Assembly: GCA_963682005.1 (NCBI GenBank) | Contig: OY820914.1 | Location: forward strand, 4,505,706-4,569,705 | DNA from: Bacteroidales bacterium | GTDB taxonomy: Bacteria > Bacteroidota > Bacteroidia > Bacteroidales > FEN-979 | Length of the DNA: 64,000 nt | Direction of reading: 5' to 3' | In this document: in pieces, positions 55,071 through 64,000 of the stretch | Position numbering within the stretch: the stretch's first letter is position 1 | Layout of the letters: each line of letters starts with the position of its first letter | The notes under the pieces: model-generated | Seen by the model: the letters and a program-made list of their open reading frames with translations, nothing else | Database searches by the model: none | What the model was told of the DNA's origin: nothing | Position numbers and translations under genes: made by a program

Positions 55071-57491
55071 ATGAAAAAAACCATTTCATTACTGGCTGTA
55101 TTAATGTTACCAGTGCTGATGTTTGCCAGTGAGGCAAATCTTGTTGTTCCTCCAGGAATAAAAAATCAATCGCTGCTTTATTGGGGTTTCCTGATCACAA
55201 TTGCAGGATTTATGTTTGGATTATTTCAATTTCTGAAAGTAAAAAAAATTGGTGCGCATAAATCTATGCTGGATGTTGCACAAGTAATTTTCGAAACAGC
55301 GAAAACCTATCTCATTCAACAAGGCAAGTTCTTACTGATCCTGTTCACATTCATCGGGTCTGCGGTAGCCGTTTATTTCGGATGGCTTTCGGATGCTGCA
55401 TTTGGGATCGGCGGGGTATTGATGATCCTGGGATGGACTGTAATTGGCATCCTGGGGTCCTATAGTGTCGCCTGGTTTGGCATCAGGATGAACACATTGG
55501 CCAATGCCAGGATGGCCTTTGCTTCGTTGGAGAGAAAGCCGATTAAACTTCTGAATATCCCTTTGAATGCAGGGATGAGCATCGGAGTCGTTCTGATTTC
55601 ACTCGAACTGATCATGATGCTGATCATATTAATGTTCGTTCCCGGGGAATATGCAGGAGCCAGCTTTATCGGATTTGCGATTGGCGAATCGCTTGGCGCT
55701 TCTGCCTTAAGAATTGCCGGTGGTATTTTCACCAAAATCGCTGATATAGGGTCTGACCTCATGAAAGTGATTTTTAAAATTGGTGAGGACGATCCGAGAA
55801 ATCCCGGGACCATTGCAGACTGTGTTGGTGATAACGCCGGTGACAGTGTTGGTCCGACAGCTGACGGTTTTGAAACTTACGGTGTGACCGGTGTTGCCCT
55901 GATTTCATTTATTTTACTTGCTGTTACAGATGCATCTCTGCAGGTTCAGTTACTTACATGGATTTTTGTAATGAGGATTTTCATGATCATTACTTCCATC
56001 GTTTCTTTCTGGATCAACGGGCTGATCAGTAAAGCAAAATACTCGAATGTTGATGATCTTGATTTTGAGAGGCCCCTGACCTCCCTCGTATGGATTACCT
56101 CTTTATTATCCATCGTTGTCACCTTCGTTATCAGTTACCTGACGATCAGTGATCTTCCGAACAATTTATGGATTACGTTATCCGTGATCATCAGTGCAGG
56201 CACGCTGGGTGCAGCATTGATACCCGAATTTACCAAGATATTTACCAGTCCGAAATCTACGCATGTCAAGGAAGTAGTTGTAGCATCGCAGGAGGGCGGC
56301 GCATCACTCAACATTTTATCAGGACTTGTTGCCGGTAATTTCAGTGCTTTCTGGCAGGGAATGGTTTTTTTCCTCCTGATGTTCATTGCATATTTTGCCA
56401 GTACATTCGGATTGAATCAGTTCATGATCTATCCTTCGATCTTTGCTTTTGGCCTGGTAGCCTTTGGAATGCTCGGCATGGGACCTGTGACAATCGCCGT
56501 TGACAGTTACGGACCTGTGACTGACAATGCACAATCCATTTATGAATTGTCGCTGATCGAAGAGATCCCCGGTATCAGTGCCGAAATTGAAAAGGATTTT
56601 GGTTTCAAACCTGATTTTGAAAAATCAAAGCATTACCTCGAAGCCAATGACGGTGCGGGAAACACATTCAAAGCCACGGCTAAGCCTGTATTGATCGGCA
56701 CTGCAGTTGTCGGAGCAACGACAATGATCTTTTCGCTGATCCTTCTTATCAGGAATACGCTCGGTATCGAGCCTGAAAAGGTCCTTACCCTGTTAAACCC
56801 ATATACCATTCTTGGATTCCTATTAGGTGGTGCCGTCATATACTGGTTCAGCGGTGCATCCATCCAGGCAGTTACAACAGGTGCCAGCAGGGCTGTCGCA
56901 TACATCAAGAAGAACATCAACCTTGATCCGAACGCCCCGAAAAAAGCTGATACGGCCAAATCAAAGGAGGTAGTTCAGATTTGTACTGTTTATGCCCAGA
57001 AAGGAATGCTTAATATTTTTATTGCCATTTTCTCCTTTGCACTGGCATTTGCTTTTCTGTCTTCACCGACAGGACTGGTTGATTCGATGAGCGCTGAAGA
57101 AAAGCTGAATTTTGCACTGCCCGTCTCCCTTTTCGTAAGTTACCTGATTTCTATAGCCTTTTTCGGACTGTACCAGGCGATATTTATGGCTAATGCAGGC
57201 GGAGCATGGGATAATGCGAAAAAGGTAATAGAAGTTGATATGAAAGAAAAAGGCACTGAACTTCATGCTGCATCCGTAGTCGGGGATACAGTCGGAGATC
57301 CTTTTAAAGACACGTCTTCAGTTGCACTGAACCCGATCATCAAGTTCACCACCTTATTCGGTCTTCTCGCCATGGAAATTGCTCTTTCAGTACATTTCAG
57401 GGCTGTTGCTCATTATGTCGGTATTGCCTTTTTCCTTGTCGCCCTATATTTTGTTTACCGTTCCTTTTACAAGATGAGGATCAGAAAATAA
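55071..57491 (+). CDS. hppA: Membrane-integral ion-translocating pyrophosphatase, divergent K-type (Lys at the A/K position)
   Basis: DPRNPGTIADCVGDNAGDSVGPTADGFETY, GNTFKATAKPVLIGTA, GGAWDNAKKVIE, GDTVGDPFKDTSSVALNPIIKF. 806 aa from ATG 55071. Confidence 0.85.
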   Translation: MKKTISLLAVLMLPVLMFASEANLVVPPGIKNQSLLYWGFLITIAGFMFGLFQFLKVKKIGAHKSMLDVAQVIFETAKTYLIQQGKFLLILFTFIGSAVAVYFGWLSDAAFGIGGVLMILGWTVIGILGSYSVAWFGIRMNTLANARMAFASLERKPIKLLNIPLNAGMSIGVVLISLELIMMLIILMFVPGEYAGASFIGFAIGESLGASALRIAGGIFTKIADIGSDLMKVIFKIGEDDPRNPGTIADCVGDNAGDSVGPTADGFETYGVTGVALISFILLAVTDASLQVQLLTWIFVMRIFMIITSIVSFWINGLISKAKYSNVDDLDFERPLTSLVWITSLLSIVVTFVISYLTISDLPNNLWITLSVIISAGTLGAALIPEFTKIFTSPKSTHVKEVVVASQEGGASLNILSGLVAGNFSAFWQGMVFFLLMFIAYFASTFGLNQFMIYPSIFAFGLVAFGMLGMGPVTIAVDSYGPVTDNAQSIYELSLIEEIPGISAEIEKDFGFKPDFEKSKHYLEANDGAGNTFKATAKPVLIGTAVVGATTMIFSLILLIRNTLGIEPEKVLTLLNPYTILGFLLGGAVIYWFSGASIQAVTTGASRAVAYIKKNINLDPNAPKKADTAKSKEVVQICTVYAQKGMLNIFIAIFSFALAFAFLSSPTGLVDSMSAEEKLNFALPVSLFVSYLISIAFFGLYQAIFMANAGGAWDNAKKVIEVDMKEKGTELHAASVVGDTVGDPFKDTSSVALNPIIKFTTLFGLLAMEIALSVHFRAVAHYVGIAFFLVALYFVYRSFYKMRIRK

Positions 57492-57515
57492 TAAGCTCGT
57501 ATTACATGTGATCAA

Positions 57516-57543
57516 GAGGCCGCCTCAAAAGGGCGGCTTCTTT
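57516..57543 (+). terminator. Rho-independent terminator after hppA
   Basis: GAGGCCGCC-tcaaaag-GGCGGCTTC (9 bp, one G.U pair) followed by TTT. Confidence 0.7.
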
Positions 57544-57752
57544 AGTTGATGAGATGAAGAGCTGATGAGATACGCACCTTCCGACCTAACCTTCCATCCC
57601 CGGAAATCCTTTTGCATATACCCATCTGACAAGGCCGGCCAGTGTATTCTGCAGGCCCGATACTTATACCGGCATCCGGAACGGGCTTTAAATCCGGATC
57701 ATTGACCTTGAATCCGGTTAAATTGATTAAGTGATTTGCTAATCGGAGTTGT

Positions 57753-57859
57753 AAACAACCTTGATCTGAGTGCGCACTCAGAGTTCAGGTGTGCATATTC
57801 ACGATTTTCTGTGTGCGCACTAAGAAATTTTCGTGTGCGCACACAGAACCGAAACAACC
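57753..57859. repeat. 91-nt segment with three GTGCGCAC palindromes, imperfect terminal inverted repeats and 8-bp flanking direct repeats (AAACAACC)
   Basis: AAACAACC at 57753-57760 and at 57852-57859. Palindromes: CTGAGTGCGCACTCAG (57766-57781, a perfect 16-mer), tGTGTGCGCACta (~57810-57822) and GTGTGCGCACAC (57833-57844). The left end TCTGAGTGCGCAC matches the reverse complement of the right end, TCTGTGTGCGCAC. Confidence 0.8.
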
Positions 57860-58099
57860 ATTCGCTATTTGTGAAACATTTAAGGTTCACTATGATCCGG
57901 GCTTAATCTAAAATCAAGATCATTTTGGATTTTACCATTGTGGACTTTTTTAACAGATCCCGCAGGGATCAATGCCCTGCAGAGATCAGGTAATATGGTA
58001 AAAGGATAGGGTGGTATGAAATTACAAATTTTTCGTACCTTGCAACTGGAAATCATGTAAAAGTTCGCCGGAAAGCCGGCTTTTCACAGTCTATTGCGA

Positions 58100-59887
58100 A
58101 TGATTTTTAATTACACCAGAGGTCAGTTCAGATCAGGCTATGCATTTCCCAGGCTAATTCTCATCCTGGCTTTTATTACCTGCTATCATTCCGGTTATTC
58201 CATAAACCTCGACAGCCTTAGAAACCTTACCCTTAAATCCAACACCATCCCTGAAAAGATCAATGCTTACCTCATGCTTTCAAAAGCTTTCCGGAAGAGC
58301 AACCTGGATTCGGCCTACTTCTACGCTCTTAAGAGCTTTTCCATGGCGGAAGCGGAGAAAGAAAAGGCCTCTTATGCAGAAGTTTATGGTAATCTTGGGG
58401 ATATTGCCGTCATGAAGGATAGCCTGGTGATGGCTCTTGCATATTATAACCAGGCGGCCCAGCTGTACCAGGAAAAGCAAAACTACCGGGAACTGGTTAA
58501 AGTCCTGGTAGTGCTCGGGAACATAAACCTGGTCATGGAAAATGTGCCTGAAGCCCTCGACAGGTACCTCCAGGGAGTTCAGATCTCGGAAGAGCACAAC
58601 GACAGATCAAGCCTGGGGAACCTTTACAACAATATCGGGATCGTTTATTACCAGACCAACGAAAAGCAGGACGCCCTTGAATATTATTCAAAAGCGTCGA
58701 AGATCTTCGAAGAAAACCATGATTCCCTTAATTTTGCGATCAGCCTCCAGAACATCGGCATCATCTATACCTTCTTTACCAAACTCGATATCGCACGTTC
58801 CTATTTCGAAAATTCGCTGAATATCTCCCGCAAGATCCATGCTTATTCCCAGGTTGCAAATACGTATCAGAACATGGGGGATCTCGAAGAGCGGGCGGGC
58901 AATTACCGGAAGGCCCTAGACATTTACGAGGAATCACTGGAAATCTATAAAATGCACGAGTTGAATGAATCGGCACCCCCGTCTATATTCTACAGCCAGG
59001 TTTACGGAAATATCGGCAAGGCACTTTACAACCTCAACCAGAACGACAAAGCCATTGAATACCTGAAAAAGGGTTACAACCTTGCAGAGCAAACCCATTC
59101 TTATTCAGCCATGTCGATCACGGCTTTATACCTGAGCAAGGCATACCAGAAATCGAACGACTACAAGAGTGCATATTTTAACTACCAGTTGTACAAGCAG
59201 TTTACTGACAGTGTAAATAATGTGCCAGGATTGCAGAAGCTGATCCGCCTTCAGATGAAATACCAGTCGGATAAAAAAATGAAAGAGCAGGTCCTTGAGC
59301 AGAAAGTTAAGGATCTCAGGCAAAAACGACTTCAGATCCTTTATATCTCCCTCTTTATAACCTCACTGATGATTGCCGTGGTGATGTTTTTGTTGTTCCG
59401 GCTTCAGAAAAACAAGATGAAGAATGTAAAACTTGAAAGCCAGAACCTTCACAATGAACTGGATTTCAAAAACAAAGAACTGACAACCAACATCATGTAC
59501 CTTCTGAAGAAGAATGAGTTCATCATCACCATCTCCGAAAAACTCCGGAAGGTCGACCTGGTACAGCACCCGGAGTTGGAACCCCTGATCCGTGAAGTGA
59601 TCCAGGAACTGGAAGCAGGTTCTTCGATGGAGAAATGGAAAGAGTTTGAGATCCGTTTCCAGGACGTCCATAAAGATTTTTATCAGAAACTTACTGCAAA
59701 GCACCCTGATCTGACCACCAATGATCTCAGGCTGTGTGCTTTCATCCGGTTGAACATGAATACAAAAGAGGTTGCAGCCATTACCTATCAGTCGGTCAAC
59801 AGCCTCGTTGTCGCACGTTCAAGACTCAAACAAAAACTGAATTTATCGAAGGACGACAGCCTGACCACTTACATTTCCTCCTTTTAG
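58100..59887 (+). CDS. TPR-sensor / single-TM / LuxR-type HTH one-component regulator
   Basis: Signal/anchor segment, about 8 TPR-like repeats (LGNLYNNIGIVYYQTNEKQDALEYY...), a TM helix (ILYISLFITSLMIAVVMFLLF), and a C-terminal LTTNDLRLCAFIRLNMNTKEVAAITYQSVNSLVVARSRLKQKL. ATG 58100 is preferred to TTG 58094. Confidence 0.75.
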   Translation: MIFNYTRGQFRSGYAFPRLILILAFITCYHSGYSINLDSLRNLTLKSNTIPEKINAYLMLSKAFRKSNLDSAYFYALKSFSMAEAEKEKASYAEVYGNLGDIAVMKDSLVMALAYYNQAAQLYQEKQNYRELVKVLVVLGNINLVMENVPEALDRYLQGVQISEEHNDRSSLGNLYNNIGIVYYQTNEKQDALEYYSKASKIFEENHDSLNFAISLQNIGIIYTFFTKLDIARSYFENSLNISRKIHAYSQVANTYQNMGDLEERAGNYRKALDIYEESLEIYKMHELNESAPPSIFYSQVYGNIGKALYNLNQNDKAIEYLKKGYNLAEQTHSYSAMSITALYLSKAYQKSNDYKSAYFNYQLYKQFTDSVNNVPGLQKLIRLQMKYQSDKKMKEQVLEQKVKDLRQKRLQILYISLFITSLMIAVVMFLLFRLQKNKMKNVKLESQNLHNELDFKNKELTTNIMYLLKKNEFIITISEKLRKVDLVQHPELEPLIREVIQELEAGSSMEKWKEFEIRFQDVHKDFYQKLTAKHPDLTTNDLRLCAFIRLNMNTKEVAAITYQSVNSLVVARSRLKQKLNLSKDDSLTTYISSF

Positions 59888-60062
59888 CCCATATTTTCTT
59901 ATCAATTGATTTCCTGATCCTTAAACGGGATCCCTCACCTCTATTTTACCTCTGTAATGTTTTGTAACCTCCCCGTAATGATATGCTAACGGTGTTTTAC
60001 TTGACATTTCATTTTTCCGCTTTTCCTTTGTCGAAAAATTACACCGGCTGAATTTTAATTTG

Positions 60063-60248
60063 ATGAAAGAGGAAGAAAAGAAACTTGAAGAATTACTCGA
60101 CGAGCTGATTACCAGGCGGAAAGAGGAAACTGACGCACTTAAAAAACTGATTGAATCCATCAACCAGGGTGAGGAGAATGCAACTCCCGATCCGGTTAAG
60201 GATCAGCCGGTTAAAAAGAGAAGGAAGAAATCGGAACCCAATATATAA
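60063..60248 (+). CDS. Possible small Lys/Glu-rich coiled-coil protein (61 aa)
   Basis: MKEEEKKLEELLDELITRRKEETDALKKLIESINQGEENATPDPVKDQPVKKRRKKSEPNI. It ends 40 nt before the beta-helix gene. There is no homology evidence. Confidence 0.3.
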   Translation: MKEEEKKLEELLDELITRRKEETDALKKLIESINQGEENATPDPVKDQPVKKRRKKSEPNI

Positions 60249-60287
60249 ATAACCAACAAGTATTTTACAAACCAAAAAACAGAAACC

Positions 60288-63200
60288 ATGAAAAAATCTG
60301 TATCAATCATTTTAATGTTTATCTGGCTGGCCGGGACGCTTTTTGCAACCCCGCTGACCGGGCCAAAATCAATTCCCGGGGATTATGCAACCATTGCAGC
60401 AGCTATTGCCGACCTGAACCTGAATGGTGTGGGATCCGGCGGCGTTACTTTTAACATTGCAGCCGGTTATACTGAAACATTTACTACCCCTTCAGATGGG
60501 TCGATCACAACCTTAACAGGCTCATCATCAAGTACGATCCTCTTCCAGAGATACGGGAATGGTGCAAATCCAATCATTACTGCCGCACCTGGAGTTTCCA
60601 CAACCCTGGATGCGATCATCACCATTGCCGGTTGCGATTATGTGACCTTTGATGGTATAAACCTGTTGGAGAATGTGTTGAACACCACCCCGACATTGCA
60701 GATGGAATGGGGGTATGCGATTCTTAAATACACTGACGCCAACGGTACTGATGGCTCTCAGAATGTTACCATTAAGAACTGCACGATAAACCTGACAAAG
60801 AATTATACATCAACAGTCGGGATCTATTCAAATAATCATACTCCGGCTTCAACCACAGCACTGACTGTCAATAAAGCTGATGGTGCAAATTCCAACCTGA
60901 AGATCTACAGCAACACGATCAATTGTTATTCAGCAATCAGGGTGCACGGATTCAACGATGTGACTGCACCATATCTTTATTTTGACCAGAACAACGAGAT
61001 CGGGAAAGACGGTACAAATATCATTACGAATGTTGCAGGACAGGCCACAACCGCAGGGTATGGAATTTATACCACCTACCAGAACAACCTTAAAGTTGCC
61101 AATAATAACATCACCAGCAGTATGTCCGGTACAGGGGTTCCCTACGGCATATATATGACGACGGCCAATAATGGCAGTTATGAGCTTTATAACAATTATG
61201 TAAGCATGCAATATTCGGCAACGGGAGGAAGCTCTAATTTCAATGCGATCTATTGCGACATGGGTGGCAGTGGGACGAATAATACTGCAACCATCCATGA
61301 TAATACTGTAACCGGATGTACTTACACAACATTAACAACTGGAACTGCCTCCATGCTTTACCTGTCGAACATGGGTGTAACAACAACATTGTATAACAAT
61401 ACCGTGAGTAACAACACTTTCGGTTCAGGAACGGCTGCAGCCACAGGACGTATCAATTACATTTATGCCAACAAGACCGGTACAAACAACGGTCCGCTTG
61501 ATTTCTACAACAACATTGTCACCGGAAATACACGTATCCAGTCTGCACCCGGTGGTGGCGCAACCTATTGCATTGCATCAGCCGGAAAGGGAACCAACCT
61601 GAACATGTACAACAATACCGTGACGAATAATGTCATTGCCGGTAATAGCGGTACATACCTCCTCCAGACTTCCTTCGATATCGGGACAAGGAATGTTTAT
61701 GATAATATAGTCATGAATATCACAAAGGCTGAAGGGTCAGTGTATGGCATCTATGCCTACAACGCAACTACTCCAAGCGGCATTGGTCTGTATTACAGGA
61801 ACAAGGTCATGAACATTGAAGGTCTGACTGCCGGCAGCAACCTGAGCGGGATTTATAATGCCACATCGGGTGGACCGACCTATTATTACAACAATTTTAT
61901 CGCCGACCTGAGAACTCCTGCCGGTTCAACAACTTCCGCTCCATACAATACTATTAACGGGTTCAATGTAACCAACAACACATTTTGCGGATTTTTCAAC
62001 AACACAATTTTCCTTTCCGGCACCTCCAGCGGGACGAACTTCGGATCCTCTGCGGCTTATATACACTATTCATCAGTTGTTGACCTGCGTAACAATATTC
62101 TCGTCAATAACAGCACGCCAAAAGGTTTAGGAAAGGCTGTAGGGCTAAGGATTATCGGTTCCACAGAGGTAACCAATTATTCACTTCTATCGAACAACAA
62201 TAATTATTATGCCGGCACACCGGATGCATCGCATCTGATCTACCAATGGTACAACAACTCCTCACTTGTATACACGGATATTCAGACATTAACCGCTTTC
62301 AAAGCAAGGATGTACCCGAGAGAAACGATGTCAGTAACCGAGTTGTCACCGTTTGTGAATACAATCCCTGGCAGCATGGACCTCCATCTCCAGACGACTA
62401 TTGCAACCCAATGCGAAGCCGGTGGTTCTATCATGTCAAGCCCTGTTTCCATACCGGTAGATTTTGATAATGACCCACGGTTTCCGAATGCCGGATACCC
62501 GGTTGGTGCAACCACTCCGAACGCACCTGACATGGGCGCTGATGAATTCGGGGGAATTTCAAACGACCTGATCGGTCCCGCCATCCTGTTTACTCAGCTT
62601 GGCAATATCAACCACACAGATGCAAGGACTCTTACCGTATCAATACAGGATAACACAGGTGTTCCCACATCGGGGACAGGGCTACCGATGCTTTACTGGA
62701 AAATCAACAGCGGTTCATTCAACCCCGCACAGGGAACATGGGTCAGCGGATCCAATTATACATTTACTTTCGGGAATGGCGCATCATTCGGAGATATCAT
62801 CTCCTATTATATCGTTGCCCAAGATATTGCTCCGGCAGTCAACATGTCATGTTATCCCAGTGGTGGCGCTTCAGGATTGGCTCCAAATCCTCCGTCCTGT
62901 GCACTTCCTCCCTCTACCCTTTGCTCATACACGATATTATCCAACATATCCGGGAATATCCATGTAGGAATCGGCAAGACCTATACTACGCTTTCAGCAG
63001 CCATAACGGACATCAACACAAAATGGATCAACGGTCCTCTTACGTTATTCCTTGACGATGCAACATACCCTTCAGAGCTTTTCCCGATCACGATCAACAC
63101 AAATCCGGGAAGCAGCTCTACCAACGTATTGACCATCAAGCCGGACAGCAACCAGGTTGCACAGGTTACATTGAGTGGTACATACGGCGGCGGTGCACTC

Positions 63201-64000
63201 ATCGTTTTGAATGGGTGTGATTATGTCACCATTGATGGCTCCAAACCTATGGGAGGAACAGATAAAAGCCTGAAGATTGAAAATACCGGAACAGTGAATA
63301 ATACCGCCGGCATTTCAGTTGCGAACAACGAAGGCAATGATGCAGCCTGCAATATCACCATTAAAAATACACTGATCTATGCTTCGCTTTTGCCAGATCC
63401 TGCTCTTACAGGATACGGCATCCTCATAAACAACGCCAGCGGCAGCGTAGGAGGCGGTTTCAACGATCTTGTTATCACAAACAATACGATCATCAAAGCC
63501 AAGTACGGGATCTTTCTGGTGGCTATACCCACAAATATGAACCATAATGCGGTTATCATGAACAATATGATCGGCTCGATGGCTGCAGGAGAAGCTATAA
63601 CGAATATGGGCATCTATGTTACTTATTCGGATAATACACTTATCGCCAACAATGAGATCATTGGTCCGGCAAATGGCGCCGCCGTCACTGGTCAGACTGG
63701 CATAAACCTGGGTAGCGGGGCTTTAAATACTAAGATCCGCAATAACATTATTCATGATATGTTCTTCAATATTGATTCAGGATGGGGAGCATCGGGTATC
63801 TGGTGTGCAACCGGTGATGCATCCACGGTTACGGAGATCTCAAACAACCTGATCTATAATATCAAATCGTATGGAATAAACCCGGGTGTCGGGCAGAATA
63901 TCGTTTATGGCATCTTTATCCGTAACGGAGGCAATTTCAAGATCCTGCACAATACGATATACCTTAGCGGGGCATTGCTTTCAACCTATTATGATGCATC
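60288..64000 (+). CDS. Very large secreted right-handed parallel beta-helix repeat protein (adhesin/surface-protein-like), 3' end beyond the window
   Basis: ATG 60288 opens a frame I read by hand to position 64000 with no stop (at least 1237 codons). Signal peptide MKKSVSIILMFIWLAGTLFA. Dozens of Asn-rich turns occur (NNT/NNN/NIT, YNN.V.NN). DMGADEFGG is a typical beta-helix domain terminus. It is missing from the ORF track because it has no in-window stop. Confidence 0.85.
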   Translation, partial: MKKSVSIILMFIWLAGTLFATPLTGPKSIPGDYATIAAAIADLNLNGVGSGGVTFNIAAGYTETFTTPSDGSITTLTGSSSSTILFQRYGNGANPIITAAPGVSTTLDAIITIAGCDYVTFDGINLLENVLNTTPTLQMEWGYAILKYTDANGTDGSQNVTIKNCTINLTKNYTSTVGIYSNNHTPASTTALTVNKADGANSNLKIYSNTINCYSAIRVHGFNDVTAPYLYFDQNNEIGKDGTNIITNVAGQATTAGYGIYTTYQNNLKVANNNITSSMSGTGVPYGIYMTTANNGSYELYNNYVSMQYSATGGSSNFNAIYCDMGGSGTNNTATIHDNTVTGCTYTTLTTGTASMLYLSNMGVTTTLYNNTVSNNTFGSGTAAATGRINYIYANKTGTNNGPLDFYNNIVTGNTRIQSAPGGGATYCIASAGKGTNLNMYNNTVTNNVIAGNSGTYLLQTSFDIGTRNVYDNIVMNITKAEGSVYGIYAYNATTPSGIGLYYRNKVMNIEGLTAGSNLSGIYNATSGGPTYYYNNFIADLRTPAGSTTSAPYNTINGFNVTNNTFCGFFNNTIFLSGTSSGTNFGSSAAYIHYSSVVDLRNNILVNNSTPKGLGKAVGLRIIGSTEVTNYSLLSNNNNYYAGTPDASHLIYQWYNNSSLVYTDIQTLTAFKARMYPRETMSVTELSPFVNTIPGSMDLHLQTTIATQCEAGGSIMSSPVSIPVDFDNDPRFPNAGYPVGATTPNAPDMGADEFGGISNDLIGPAILFTQLGNINHTDARTLTVSIQDNTGVPTSGTGLPMLYWKINSGSFNPAQGTWVSGSNYTFTFGNGASFGDIISYYIVAQDIAPAVNMSCYPSGGASGLAPNPPSCALPPSTLCSYTILSNISGNIHVGIGKTYTTLSAAITDINTKWINGPLTLFLDDATYPSELFPITINTNPGSSSTNVLTIKPDSNQVAQVTLSGTYGGGALIVLNGCDYVTIDGSKPMGGTDKSLKIENTGTVNNTAGISVANNEGNDAACNITIKNTLIYASLLPDPALTGYGILINNASGSVGGGFNDLVITNNTIIKAKYGIFLVAIPTNMNHNAVIMNNMIGSMAAGEAITNMGIYVTYSDNTLIANNEIIGPANGAAVTGQTGINLGSGALNTKIRNNIIHDMFFNIDSGWGASGIWCATGDASTVTEISNNLIYNIKSYGINPGVGQNIVYGIFIRNGGNFKILHNTIYLSGALLSTYYDA

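Noticed and set aside
57699-57890. A 63-aa minus-strand ORF in the hppA-regulator gap.
   Set aside because: It spans the GTGCGCAC palindrome block, it has no start context or motif, and its sequence is dictated by the palindromes. I treat the region as non-coding.
58067-58084. A GCCGG-aaag-CCGGC hairpin followed by TTTT, 16 nt before the regulator ATG. It could be an attenuator or a small-RNA terminator.
   Set aside because: The stem is only 5 bp and there is no alternative antiterminator structure that I can see. That is too weak to call without transcript data.
60930-63613. Track ORFs 60930..61298(-), 62246..62467(+), 62282..62584(-), 62599..62967(+), 62738..63055(+), 62981..63202(-), 63315..63545(-) and 63377..63613(-).
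   Set aside because: All are in other frames or on the opposite strand of the uninterrupted frame of at least 1237 codons that starts at 60288 and has a signal peptide and beta-helix repeats.

Overview
This is a 64-kb chromosomal segment that looks like a Bacteroidota genome. The evidence is TAnnTTTG -7 promoter boxes in front of many genes, an OPT transporter, FadL/TolC-type outer-membrane proteins, lipid A genes, and a huge Asn/Thr-rich parallel beta-helix surface protein. I call about 52 protein-coding genes plus one RNase P RNA gene (rnpB).

Most of the content is housekeeping:
- Replication and repair: recQ, fmt, hup, trmH, rsmG, rpmH, gyrB, proS, dnaB, thyA-folA, mazG, mpg.
- Metabolism and transport: citrate lyase citDE-citF, OPT peptide transporter, pepD, purine nucleoside phosphorylase, a NupG-like permease, a membrane pyrophosphatase, a MATE exporter, and an adaptor/permease/TolC efflux operon.
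- Envelope: lpxK, PagL-like and LpxR-like deacylases, YfhO plus a glycosyltransferase, and two tandem GT-C-like membrane proteins.

I saw no rRNA, tRNA, CRISPR array, transposase, integrase, phage gene or recognisable defence gene. I cannot point to a clear new multi-gene system.

The unusual items are:
1. A family of 7-8 nt tandem repeats in intergenic DNA, including (GTCAGAAG)x17 inside the predicted pepD leader.
2. A lipoprotein with a Tyr/Gly low-complexity core and a YSAPS/GGG-RRR tail, placed directly upstream of a FadL-like barrel.
3. A 91-nt segment with three GTGCGCAC palindromes, imperfect terminal inverted repeats and 8-bp flanking direct repeats. It could be an operator array or a MITE-like element.
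4. A beta-helix gene of more than 1237 codons that the ORF track misses because it runs off the right edge.
5. A CitD-CitE fusion, a ribosomal protein bTHX with a long K/P/E tail, and a divergent membrane pyrophosphatase.

All family assignments come from reading motifs by eye. No database search was run.
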